Origin: Felis catus
Taxonomy: Eukaryota
Direction of reading: 5' to 3'
Assembly (NCBI RefSeq): GCF_018350175.1
Contig: NC_058368.1
Span: 58,840,001-58,904,000 of the forward strand
Length of the DNA: 64,000 nucleotides
Positions 1 to 12,560 of the stretch are shown here, in pieces. The number at the start of each line of letters is the position of its first letter. Positions within the stretch are counted from its first letter, which is position 1. A program made the translations under genes and the position numbers. The notes under the pieces are model-generated. The model was given only the letters and a program-made list of their open reading frames with translations. It ran no database searches and was not told where the DNA came from.

Positions 1-519
1 TGAGGTCATCATTATGAACATCTAAATATAGCATAATCAGGTAATGCCTCTGAGATTTTTTTACTGATGGTTGACATTCTGAAACTAGATTCAGACTTCT
101 ATGTTTTTTGGATTTTTTTACTTAATTTAAACTTAAGTCTCCTACTTTGTTACAACTTAACCTGAAGCTCCTTTCTTTTTTTAGTTAGCCTTTCTAATAT
201 GCTTATTCTAAAATACTGAGGTACTGGTTAATTAATCTTATTATAATTTTCTATAAATTTGAAACATAAATCTTGGATGAACTTGTCAAGCATGGTAAGT
301 CTTTGGACTTCTTGATTATAGGAAACTACAATGAGACTTATAGGTAAGATGATGGAGGAAATCTTATTACTCCTTTGTGCTCATTGTGCTAATATATTCC
401 GCTACCCATCTCTGGCATAGTGGATCATGTATATTATCTTTGTTAGGACTAAAAACTAAAATGGATACACACATGCACACACACAAATATGTCTGCTTTA
501 AACATTTAAAGAGTATGAG

Positions 520-650
520 GTTAGGGGATTAAGAATACGTTTACCATGATGAGCACTGAGTAATGTGTAGAATTGTTGAATTTTTATTTTATATTGTACA
601 CTTGAAACTAATACAACACTTTATGGTAACTATGCTTCAAAAAATAAAAA
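520..650 (+). mobile_element. Older L1 3'-terminal fragment
   Basis: gatgagcactgagtaatg...gtacacttgaaactaata...A-rich tail, typical of a carnivore L1 3' end. Confidence 0.65.
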
Positions 651-759
651 GGTATATTTTCTTGGTGTTATGTAAGGTAGAATTCATGATTGTAGTGACA
701 GGTTGTTGATGGAGGCATAGTATCCAAAATTAACTGTTTTTAGAAAGTGTATTTTATTA

Positions 760-971
760 GGGGTTCCTGGGTGTCTCAGTCAGTTGAGCATCCAACTTCA
801 GTTTAGGTCATGATCTCGCAGTTCCTGCTTTGAGCCTTGTGTCGGGCTCTGTGCTGACAGCTCAGAGCCTGCAGCCTGCTTTGGATTCTGTGTCTCCCTC
901 TGTCTCTGACCCTCCCCTGCTCATGCTCTGTCTCTCTCAAAAAGAAATAAATATTTAAAAAAATGTTTTAC
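760..971 (+). mobile_element. Can-SINE
   Basis: tRNA-derived head, CT-rich region, A tail; TSD aaagtgtattttat at 744-757 and 972-985. Confidence 0.95.
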
Positions 972-1311
972 AAAGTGTATTTTATCATATCTTTTTATTT
1001 CCTATAATATTAAGAATGACTTATTTAGTATAGCATTTACTTAAGCATAATGATCATAAGTATTAAATCTAGTAAATCTCTTGTGTGATTTTATTGCTTG
1101 GATTAGGAGTCCAAAATTTTTAAATTTGTGTGTTATCAGTACTGTTCAAAAATTTCTGGTCATATAATTTCTAAATATCTAGGTTTTTTGTTTTTAATCT
1201 ACAAACCTGTCTTGGACATTTTTAAGTTGCATTCTTATCTTTAAAAAAATTAAATTTACTTAATAAATTATGCAATGGAACAACTGTAGCTATAAAAACG
1301 ATGCTAAAATA

Positions 1312-1523
1312 GGGGTATTGGGGTGGCTCAGTTGGTTAAGTATCCTACTTCAGCTCAGGTTATGATCTCACCATTCTGAGTTCGAGCCCTGTGTCCACCT
1401 CTGTGCTGACAGCTCAGAGCCTGGAGCCTGTTTCAGATCCTGTGTCTCGCTCTCTCTCTTCCCCTCCTCCATTCATGCTCTGTCTCTCTCTCTCAAAAAT
1501 AAATAAAAATTAAAATTTTTTTT
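1312..1523 (+). mobile_element. Can-SINE
   Basis: gggtggctcagttggttaag head, (CT)n, aaaaataaataaa tail. Confidence 0.93.
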
Positions 1524-1940
1524 AAATGTTACTACAATAAATCCATAAAGCTCTTTTAAAAATTGTAGACAATGGAATCCAAATGTGAAAATACTTTTAC
1601 ACCCACAAATGCTACAATGCTACAATTTAAAAAATTATATGGACAAGCTCTTCAAAACAGGGAGATATTTAGTATTCTTTCATCTTATATTATAACTCAT
1701 ATTTACATTCTATTTTTCCATAGATTATTACCCTAATTTAATATTACTTTAATGTTTTCAAGTCTTATATTGGCCATATTATACATACCTGAAAAACATC
1801 TGTACACAGGTAAGAATGAAAGTTTCATTGAATAATTTCCTTTGATAAGTTTATTGGAAATGTATCTCAAAGAAGAATGGATGGTTTTTAATTCTCAGTC
1901 TATATATCTCGGATTAATATTATGTTCTGTTAGTTTTAAA

Positions 1941-2268
1941 AACTGGAGAGTGTGATGCTAAGTGAAATAAGCCATACAGAGAAAGACAGATACCATATGT
2001 TTTCATTCTTATGTGGATCCTGAGAAACTTAACAGAAACCCATGGGGGAGGAGAAGGGAAAAAAAAAAGAGGTTAGAGTGGGAGAGAGCCAAAGCATAAG
2101 AGACTCTTAAAAACTGAGAACAAACTGAGGGTTGATGGGGGGTGGGAGGGAGGGGAGGGGAGGTGATGGGTATTGAAGAAGGCATCTTTTGGAATGAGCA
2201 CTGGGTGTTGTATGGAAACCAATTGACAATAAATTTCATATATTAAAAAATATAATAAAAATAAAAAA
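1941..2268 (+). mobile_element. Felid L1, 5'-truncated 3' end
   Basis: atgctaagtgaaataagcc (ORF2 end), G-rich 3'UTR tract, AATAAA and A tail. Confidence 0.92.
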
Positions 2269-2435
2269 GTATTATTTTTATTATTTTTTAGATTTAAGCA
2301 CTTTGAAATGTTTTTATATAAATAAATAGATTCAATGTCACTGAATTCTTTGCACTCCTTCTGAGTTGTATGACAAATATCAAATAGAAAAATTATTTCA
2401 AGTTTGTACATAAGGCAAGAAGGTGGGTGCCACAC

Positions 2436-2436
<1 letters not shown>

Positions 2437-2480
<44 letters not shown>
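2437..2480. repeat. (TG)n microsatellite
   Basis: Pure TG run seen directly. Confidence 0.97.
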
Positions 2481-2481
<1 letters not shown>

Positions 2482-2883
2482 TATGACAGCAAAATCTTTA
2501 CAAAGATTATCAAGGGAAAGTATGTAGTTCCTTTCGCTGTTTATTGTTAATTAAAGGACTCAGACTTAAGGAAGATACTTTGTTAATTTTAAGAATTTTT
2601 CACTAGTCATGCAAATAATTTCTGCCCAGTTGTTCAGACAACCCAAACAAAGTTAATGAGCCTACAGGGCATTTATCAGTTTTATATCTAACCTGGAATT
2701 ATTGCCCTAACATTTCTTTGTTAAATGTCCCATAAATCTACTAGCTTTTCAGTTCTTCTTTGAGTTGCTCATAGAATCTTACCAGTTTTCTCTTTAATTA
2801 ATGAGTTAAATAAAGTCTTTAATACAAATTATTGTATTTGTGACATTTTGATAATTGTGCTTTCACATTGCCTATAACATATA

Positions 2884-3113
2884 TTTATATTTATATATAT
2901 TTATTTATGCATTTAAAGATATAGAGAGAAAGCATATGTGAGCAGGACAGAGGCAGAGAAAGAGAAGGAGAGAGAGAGAATCCCAAGCAGGTTCCATGCT
3001 AGTCCTATCAGGCAAGAGCCTGACACGGGGCTAGAACTCATGAACCATGAGATCATGACCTGAGTCAAAACTGAGTCTGACACTTAACTGACTGAGTCAC
3101 CCAGGCATCCCCC
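2884..3113 (-). mobile_element. Can-SINE (older)
   Basis: agaatcccaagcagg...gagatcatgacctgag...ccaggcatcccc. Confidence 0.9.
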
Positions 3114-4599
3114 AAAATATCTTTAATGATCTATCAACTTAGGCCTCAGTGAGGATTTCCTTTGGTTTTGAAACAGAATTGCAAAGGATTTATTATTTAG
3201 TCATTATAATAGTTCACTTTCTTGATTTATCAGAAGTATGTCAAGGATTTACCGACTTATATATAAGACTTTTATTATTATGTATTTTACTCCATTTCTA
3301 AAATATGTTTTATTTATGGAACTAAAGTTAAATTAATAAAGATAAACCTCATAAAATTTCACATTTTGTATTTTAAGATTTTATCAATTGTCTATGAACA
3401 AAGATGTCTATATATATTTTGTAAATACATAGAGAAAATACATATCATCACTTAACAGTTGAAAATAATTACTAGTTTAATTATACATTTTAATGGATTA
3501 GTAAAACAGAGAAACATTGGGAACAATAGAATTAATCCTAATTAAATGCAGCTGGATTTTTTAATTTCAAGACATTAAACCTAAGACTGCATTTTGCCCC
3601 TCACAGGTACATAAATACTCTCTAGGGGGGGATTGCAATATAAAACATTGTATGGAAAATACCCCCAACAACAACAGAATAGGGATTTAAAGGACACTGG
3701 AAAATACAGAACTTTAAAATTTATATTAATGATTTTGTTAAAGCATTTTGTTGCCAGAATTTACATCCTCCAATTAGTTTACTATGCAATAACCAAATTT
3801 TAGGAGTGAATAAAGTAGGAGAAATGTGGTTTGCTTCCAATAATAATCAAGACACTTACAACCAAGAAAAATTACATATTGATTACCAACATGCAAATAT
3901 TTGAGGACAATGTTAATACAAGTATTTTTTTTCTTATGGGTCTGAACTATTGCTTTAAATACTATAAAACTATATCTTTGATAAATGTTATTTTGTTAAA
4001 AATATAAGTTTGATTTCTCAAAAGTAAACATGATGCTTTCACCCTCTTTTTTTGAAATTATAGAAAATATACAACCATGACACAGATTGTAATATGAATG
4101 AATTATATGGCTAACCCCTTTAAAATTACTGATGAAGATGAAAATATAAGCATTTGTATGGTGATTTGAGTCATGAGATCCAAATGAGATTGCTAAGGGA
4201 GTACCTATTGTAGTGACTAGGAAAATTGGTCAGTTCAGGAAGGAGTTGGTGGTCAGATTAGAATGTTTGAGATTGAGATTTTTGGAGATGGCACACTCAT
4301 TTGGTGATAATACCAAAGGAAGTACATTCTGAATCATTAATATTGATGAGCAGGAAAGTTGTTGGATGTCATTAAGTTAAAAAGTAAGAGTCCATAGTGT
4401 TAGACACATTACACTTGCAGATGTTCTTATCTTGAGAATGATGCTCAGAATAATTATGAAGAAGGTGATGGTAAAATAAGCACCATGATCTATGAATAAA
4501 GGCAACTAGAAAATTGGTCAATAGCCTACAAAGAAAGGAAAAAGTTATAGCTTGGGGGGAGATATTTCTTCACATCTCTTCCCTGTACTATACAATGGA

Positions 4600-5480
4600 C
4601 TCAAATTAACAAATAGCTGTTTGCCATCTATTCCTGAGCATCTACTAGGCATGTCAAGTTTACTATCCTTATTGTACCCATAGTATTCTTCACGTCAGTT
4701 GTTTACAACTTCATGATTTTAGTCTTTCAGTTTAATTCAGTTGGAATCACGCTTGAGACATTACCTACAAAACATATCTATAATCTCTTTCTCACCACTT
4801 TATCATCCTGGCCTGAGTCACATTGTTGACTTCCCGGAACACTAGTCTGTCTGCATTTATCCAGGCTCCCTACAGACTTAATAAAAGATTAATTTAAAAC
4901 AAAAAAAATCATGTTACTTCTATTTAACAATCATCAATTGACTACCCATCTCACTCAGCATTGAAGTTCAAATATCCCACAATAATCTACCTGATTTATC
5001 CTTCTTCCTCTTTTAACTCTGTTCTTTTGTCCTATGACTCTCTTAGATCATTTTGTACCCTGTACACTGGACTTTTCACTGTTTCTCAGACACAATAGGC
5101 CTCTTCCCACTTTAGGACTTATTTGTTAGCCTTTCCCTTTGCACACACTGCTCTCCTGCCAATTCTTGGCTTGATTTACTCGCTCTCCTTCAGGTCTGTG
5201 ATTAATGTCATCTCAAAGAGGCCAACCATAAATACACTGTATAAAAGTGCACCTCCACCAACCCTAGTGTGCCTGATCCCCTTTATCCTGCTACATTTGG
5301 TAATAGTTGCCATTTTTTTCATTTAGTATATATTTTAATTAGTATGTTTAGTTGGTATTGTTTCTTACCCCTAAACAATATAAATCAATAGAAGTGAAAA
5401 ATTTGTCTTTTTAAAATGATATATTTTATTTATATAGAAGTGTGTTTAGTTCATAATAGGAGCTTAATATTTGAAAAGAA
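4600..5480 (+). mobile_element. L2 fragment (degenerate)
   Basis: L2-like 3' motifs (aatcatgttact, tcatctcaaagaggcc, cataataggagcttaat). Boundaries approximate. Confidence 0.5.
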
Positions 5481-5559
5481 ATAAATTATGGTGGAAAGCT
5501 AAGCTCAATTATCTTGTCCATAATTTACCTTTGGTTTTCTTGAGTTCCATGGATTTATA

Positions 5560-7008
5560 TACCACAATCATTTTGCATCACAGATAAATTCATATCCCTC
5601 CCTATCTTGACCAAGGCCCTAAACTCTAGTGTCAAAATCTGAATGCCAAGTTGTTCATTTGCATGTCTAAAATGGATTGTAAGCTTATCTAAAATAAGAT
5701 CATTCTGATCTCTCTCAGCAAAGCAACCACCTTTCCTTGATTTCTCCCTTTGTCTCAATTCCTACTTCTTGTGAGCAACTCTGCTTACCTGCATTCCAAA
5801 TACATTTCAAAAAATCTACTTCTTTCACCATCCCTAGGTCTGGAATATAATCCATGTCTTTTCTTGCCTGGACCACTGAAAAAGACTTCCTTATAGTCAT
5901 TCTATTTCTATTTTCAGTCTCTTACATTCCATTTTCTACTTACTAGCCAAAGTGGTCTTTTTAAACTGTGATTCAGAGCATGACTGTTGGAGGATATCAT
6001 TAAGACATGACCCCCCAGCTGATCCCCAAGCTGAATGGAGGCAATTGGAGATTCTCTTTGGAATGTGTGTTCTCCTTGCTTTCTCTGCTCCCAGAAACTC
6101 CTCCAAGGACATGGTCTTAATATAGAAATGTAATGTTGTAGCCATCTGGACTGGTTATGTGACTGAACCCAGTTAAAGCTGCTATATGAACACTAAAGAT
6201 TCTTGCCAGCAGGTGTGGAGATAGATCAACTTGTCTTTCAGCCACATCTTAAGTTAGCTGCCTTGCTTATTACACCTGCCACCTACCAATCTGGAGTGTC
6301 TGCCTATTTCTTTGGTCTCTTCTTGGCCTCCCTGTAAGGGCACCAGATTTCAGATTTCATCTGGGAAGTTACTAAGGAGGTTGCAAACTCACAATGACAT
6401 TTTCCAGCTTAAAATCATAAAGTGACTCTTCACATTGAAAAAAAAAAGTCCAAATCTTTTCTATAACCAGTCATACTCTCCATCATGTGGCACTTATCTA
6501 CTCCAGCTCATAGTAACCCAGGTATATTTGCCTTCCTTCTCACCTTTAAATATGCCAGTATCCTTTAATAAAGGGATTACTTTTTACTGCTTATTCTGAT
6601 TTTTCTTATTTATCACATAGTGACTTTTCCTCATCATTTAAATCACATCTGATACCACCTCAGAGAAGCTTTCTCTAACCACACCAGTTAAATAGCTATT
6701 TTCTGCTCCCCACCCTAATTGGTTAACCCCCACTTGCTAACACATTGCCTCCTTCGCTTCCTCTGGGGACCATAGCACTATAAAATTATCTTTATTTACT
6801 TTTATTACATTTTTAACCTCTTTATTGAAATATGGTTGACATGCATAAGAAGTTTATTCATTTACTGCTTACTCTGCTCAACTAGAATTGAGACTCCCAT
6901 TGTCAGGAATCTCCCCCATCATGCTCACCCTTATGTCCCCAGCATCAGAGCAAGTACATAACTGATTGTAGATGCTCATTAAATATATGTTGAATAATAA
7001 ATGAATGA
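5560..7008 (+). mobile_element. L2 3' fragment interrupted by a solo LTR
   Basis: gccaaagtggtctttttaaa...cctcagagaagctttctcta...atgctcattaaatatatgttgaataataaatgaatga. Confidence 0.65.
5985..6393 (+). mobile_element. Solo LTR (409 bp), probably carnivore ERV-derived
   Basis: TG...CA termini; exact TSD ATGAC at 5980-5984 and 6394-6398; TATA-like element ~6183. Confidence 0.85.
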
Positions 7009-7650
7009 TGGGATCTGCACAGTCTGGACTCTGCCTCTTGCTCCAAGGTCATCATACGCTACTATGTCTTTCCTTATATACTGTTGTCATTGAGGTTTCT
7101 CAGATCCTGGAAAGCATCAAGCTTATTTTTTATTTTTATTTTTACTTTTCTTAGTCTAAGAGATTTTGCATATCTTTGAAATTTCTCATTGAAATAAAAA
7201 GCTACATCATTCATCAAGCATGAATGTGAGGAAGTTGCAGGAAGTGAGAAAAGAAAGGAGAGATATAAAATGTGAAACTTGAAGAGTGGGCGATCAAATA
7301 AACTAGGGATGTAAGGTCACTTTACCAGAAGATCAGGAGTTCTCTTTCTTGTCAACACATAACACTATACTTTCTCTTTGTACTGTGATCACAGTAGCAA
7401 TGAATTTGTTTTCTTAATAATTTAATATTTGTTTATGATAATATGTTTTATTCACAAGTATTCTTTTAGCTTAGCCTATGTTTATCTACAATGGATGCTC
7501 AATTACCATTTGCTAAGTGAATGAAAAAATTTAAACCACTTCAGACACAATCACTTTTGTAACCGTATTTCTTACTATTGCTTTTCACACCTCAAAAAGA
7601 TAGCTCCTTTTCTTATTCTTAAACTCTGTTTATGGTACTCTGTTTTTCTT

Positions 7651-7881
7651 TTTTCTTTTTTTTTTTTAATTTTTTTTAACGTTTTATTTATTTTTGAGAC
7701 AGAGAGAGACAGAGCATGAACAGGGGAGGGGCAGAGAGAGAGGGAGACACAGAATCGGAAGCAGGCTCCAGGCTCTCAGCCATCAGCCCAGAGCCCGACG
7801 CGGGGCTCGAACTCACGGACCGCGAGATTGTGACCTGAGCTGAAGTCGGACTCTTAACCGACTGAGCCACCCAGGCGCCCC
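7651..7881 (-). mobile_element. Young felid Can-SINE
   Basis: CpGs retained, long T tail; 17-bp TSD with one mismatch at 7634-7650 and 7882-7898. Confidence 0.97.
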
Positions 7882-8311
7882 GGTAGTCTGTTTTTCTTAA
7901 TTAAAATGCTCTTACCCTACATTATCACAGTTGATGTTCTACTACACTTCAAATCTTGTAGACAGTGCCAATTACTTGATGTCTACATAGTTTCCATGGT
8001 TATAATAAATTTCTCTCTATTCTGTGCTTACAGAAGCTCACTTTCCATCCATTCGCACCTTAGCATGAACCTATTTAGTTTATATATGACTGATTCTTTT
8101 CCAGGCAACAATTTTTATGTTCCTTTACACCTGCATATTTTTTGGACCAAGTGAAAGACCAACAAATAATCTGTTAATACAAAAACTTATACTGGAAATT
8201 CATTAGTTTGTTGTCTATTGCATAAACCTTATCTGACAATTATATGTATTTACGCAGATATTTCCCTTTCCTGTTTTATGCACTAGTCATCATTTACATA
8301 TGGGTCTCCAT

Positions 8312-8557
8312 GGAGTGCCTGGGTGGCTCAGCTGGTGAAGCTTCAGATTTCGGCTCAGGTCATGATCTCGCAGTTCATGAGTTCAAGCCCCACGCTGGGC
8401 TCTGTACTGACAGCTCAGAGCCTGGAGCCTGCTTTGGATTCTGTGTCCCCCTCTCTCTCTGCCCCTCTCCCGGTTGCATTTTATCTCTGGCTTTCAAAAA
8501 TAAATAAACATTAAAAATTATTTTAAAAACAAATAAATAAGTAAGTAAATAAATAAA
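8312..8557 (+). mobile_element. Can-SINE
   Basis: gcctgggtggctcag head, ctcaggtcatgatctc, (TAAA)n tail. Confidence 0.93.
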
Positions 8558-11500
8558 TATCTTCAAATATTAGAACCTCCCTAGCTCATTTTGTTTGTTC
8601 ACAGATCTACATGTTTTGCCATTAAACTATTGTAGAAATATTAAAAGCACAAATGAGTACAGAAAAAAAAAATAAGTTTGTCCTGTCTAAGTCAGTGACT
8701 CCAAGACTCCACGATATGATCTATGATAATATAATCTAAAGTCACCTGAGTTCTTCTACGTTCACATGTCTTTTGTCTCTCAAATGATATTATGATTTTC
8801 TGACACTCAACTGAGAAATGTTGCCTTATTGAATCACTACCACTGAAATAAATGGGATATATCCCTTATGTATATTGAGTCATTAAATGTTGTGAATCAC
8901 TCTTTTATGAATTCATTATGAATAATGAATTTTTGTTTTTAAATTATTGAAATTATTTTTATTTTATACTTATATTTCTAAAATTGTACATGATTTGTGA
9001 TTTTTAAAAATTTATACAATTATATAAATATTTATATAAATTTGTTTACTTAATTTAAGTTTTATATTTAAATTATCAAACACTTTATTACCTTTGCTGG
9101 TAGCCATTAATTATTTAAAATTATAATGGTTATAATAATTATTAATATTTAAATAACATTTATTGACTTCATGTACCATAACTGATTATATAAGTGTTTA
9201 CCAGGTCTATAGATACCTTCTGAAAAATATCTTCGTTATTTTTATTATTGTGTTTTGTATCATTACGTTGTGACTTTATTCACAACCAAATAGACCAGTC
9301 ATTAGAGGCTCATCTAAGAGCAGCTAACTCTCTATATGCTAGAAGTTAGTGCAGTGAATTAAGCTATTCAACAGGAATCTCTATATTCTTAATAGATATG
9401 AGTATTCCAGTCATACTCTCACTAGTGAGAATTTTTAATATATGACAGAGGAGTAAAATTGTCAGGCATAGATGCACACTGAGCGAAATCTGTAAGCACT
9501 AGACATGAGACAGTAGAAGCCATGGATTTGTTATCCTTATAAAGTCAACAGAAAGACAATAGGAGATTATGTCAAGGATTATTTGGCTAAAACCCTGAAG
9601 TTGTTGCTGAGATACCAGCAACACAACATAATGACTGTTTTATTGCTTCACGTGGAAACAGATGACTATGATCCTTTATGACCATTTTCTCCAAGCTGTT
9701 CACCCTATGTCATCAGGTTCTTTTTCCCCCTGAATGATAGCATATCAGAGCAACTGGATAATGTCTGTGTTTTCCAACTTGAAAGCTCATTCTTTAAGAA
9801 TTTCATATGCTTATTTTGTTTTATATGTATATTTCCATAGATATGTTAGATCTCTATTTATTTGACAGGTTGGGTAACAGAAAGTAGTAAATGGATTTAA
9901 CCATAGTCCAAAAATTTCTGTCCCAGAGACACCCCTCCCTTTGCCAAAATGGCTGCCCAATACTTGCCATTGCACTTGTATTGCAGACAGGGGGCCAAGT
10001 TGTCTTTGCCATCTATGCCTAGGGACCCAGTTAGCTTGAGGACCCAGCCTTTCAGATTATGGTGGGTTGCATCATTTTGCAGAAGGTTGGAGGCATTATT
10101 ATTAGTATGAAATATTATTCTGCTTGGTTGTTTGAGAGGAATTGAAGACATTCTTCACTGTTTTCTGTTTCTTTATGCCTTAGTATTTCCAACCACAGTG
10201 ATTCAAAATTAAGAATATACACTGGTCTATAAATCCAGTGTCTGCTCTAAAACTGTCCTGCAAAACGTACTTATATTAAGTAAATCTGGGAGAAATTTTC
10301 TCACGTGGCATAGAAGTCACAAGAGAGAAGATACTGAACATTATTAGTTTGTATTTTGGAAAGAAGTTTTAAAGTTGGAAATATACTTGACAGGTTCAAG
10401 AATTCAAAGTTATAGAAGTATAATGAAGATGGAATTTATGGGATAGACTCATTTTGTGTAGAGAAGGTTCAATCTCCATCATTAATCTCCTTCATCATCC
10501 ATCATTCTATCAATTTTCAAGATAACTGTAAGTCAAACTGAGTTTCTGGCATTTATTCTTCAGTAAAATGCAATAGTACTGTGTTATTCTTTTGTTAGAG
10601 AATAGGATGCTTTGACTGTACAGACTCTGTTTTTTAGTCTTTTCAAGAAGTATGCACATAGTTCCAAGTGGAAGCTTCGAGTTACTAGTTCTACAAAGTG
10701 GTATTAAATGTTTTCATAATGAGAGACTTTTTTTTAAAGATTTTAAATTATTTCCTTGGAGTTTTCAATGGTAATGTAATCATCACTATTTGGAATCTTA
10801 CTCCATCACTCCCATTTTATGTTCATAAAAATTAGTAACATGTTTCATTTCTTTTAATATTTGAACTTAATTAATAGATGTTAATCAAGATGTTTTTACA
10901 TATCCTGCTGCTAAGGAAAAAAGTTGTTATTTCAATGATTCATTACTAACAGGGACAGACTTGATTTTATGCCACTTTACAATTTACTGTGAAGTTTATT
11001 AGCATGGCTTGTATTTAGTCTTTTTAACAATTGCCACAACTTGGTGATCGTTTTATGAAACCAATTTAGCTGTACATTTATATGATAATGTAACATTTTA
11101 GTGTTTAGACATTTGCTGATGTGAGCATAGCCAGAGAAAGATATTAAAATTGTATTTGGCACTATAATATATTTATTTTCCTTAATAAGGAAATAGCTAT
11201 TACAAACCATTTAAAGAAAACCCTCTGCAAAAGATTTTATTGCGAAATCTTAGATTGAAAACATGGCTATACATTAAGAAATATTTTCAGTGTCCTTTGC
11301 TAGTAAAATCTACAGTAAAACAGGTGAGGTTTGTTTGACTTTTATTTGGTGAATGGTTTATCCTTTTCTTATTCTTATTATGTTTGTTTGCTATTCTCTA
11401 GCCTGTAATTTACCTCCATCTACCTCATAATGATTACTCATACTAATGGAATGTTACAAAAAGGAAAAGTATACTCAGTAAACCTTAAGTAATTTGAGAT

Positions 11501-12414
11501 GCTATACAAACTTTGACCAACCTGCTTTGCTTCCAAAGATACATTATTATTTCAACATACTAAGAGGCTCAGTCTTCACTTCACAGGTATTATATTCAAT
11601 GGGTTTGAAGGAGTAGGAAAATGGAAGCTCTTAATTTGATTGTGTTGTAAGTGCATTATTTTATAAATTAAGATTTTTGGAATGAAATGGTTGAGGAACT
11701 TTTCTATTGTAGACTCAGAAGAAAAAGTGAAATTAGAAGTTTAAGACTAATACCAATCCTTTGAGTACATATAGTACATACGATGGTAATAGAATTCCTG
11801 GGATATATATAGGGTTCAGATAGGGTAAGATTAGGATTTGGGAATTTGATACAGGAATGTCCTTGAAATAAGTAGAGGGAAGTCTGGATAGTAATTTTAA
11901 ATATTTGCTTAATAAATTCAGTAAGTTGTAACTAATTACCTATGTACTGAAACTCGTTTAGATATTTGTGTAAAAGATTCTAGACAGCAAGACTCAGTTC
12001 GGTTCCAGGCATATGTATTATATGTTTTATTTACTCCAATTTCAATAAGAGAGTGGCCCTGGGGCTTTCAAGATTATTCTGCACCAAGAGTATTAAGAAA
12101 GCCTTAACGTATATGTGCAATTTCTCACACAAGGAATCTAGCCTGCTTGATCTTATTATTGTAAGAAAACAAAATATTCAGTCTCACCACCTTCAGCATA
12201 TCGTATGTCTTTTTGTTTATATTTTATTCAGAATACTCCTGTTTCTTCAAATATTCTTTTAATTTACACTCTTTTCCATTAAAAGGGTAAAATATTATAT
12301 ATTATAAATTAATATCATATAGGAATGAATTATATTATCTATCAGGGCTAGAGAAGAAAACAAAGATGACACAAACATGGATAGGATGGGAATGGAAATA
12401 GGATTATTTAGGAA

Positions 12415-12560
12415 CATGACTGACTTTGATCTTTGGGTTCAGGCAGGCTCGAATTTGAACACTTATCCTTTTATTTGGGGGCTATTACCTATAATTAAGG
12501 TACTTAAGATTTCTTAGTTTCATTTTCATAATTTTAAAGTGAAATGATGCTTATTTGTGA
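12415..12560 (+). mobile_element. MIR fragment
   Basis: Degenerate MIR core (aaggtacttaag...ttagttttcattttcat). Confidence 0.4.

Noticed and set aside
760..850. tRNA-like A/B box sequences
   Set aside because: These are Can-SINE heads, not tRNA genes.
2137..2170. G-quadruplex-capable tract
   Set aside because: Standard feature of the L1 3'UTR.
2009..2513. 76-aa and 146-aa ORFs
   Set aside because: Antisense L1 3'UTR plus a (TG)n tract.
7688..8566. ORFs of the MAQSVK.../MAQLVK... type
   Set aside because: Generic Can-SINE translations that recur at other SINE copies.
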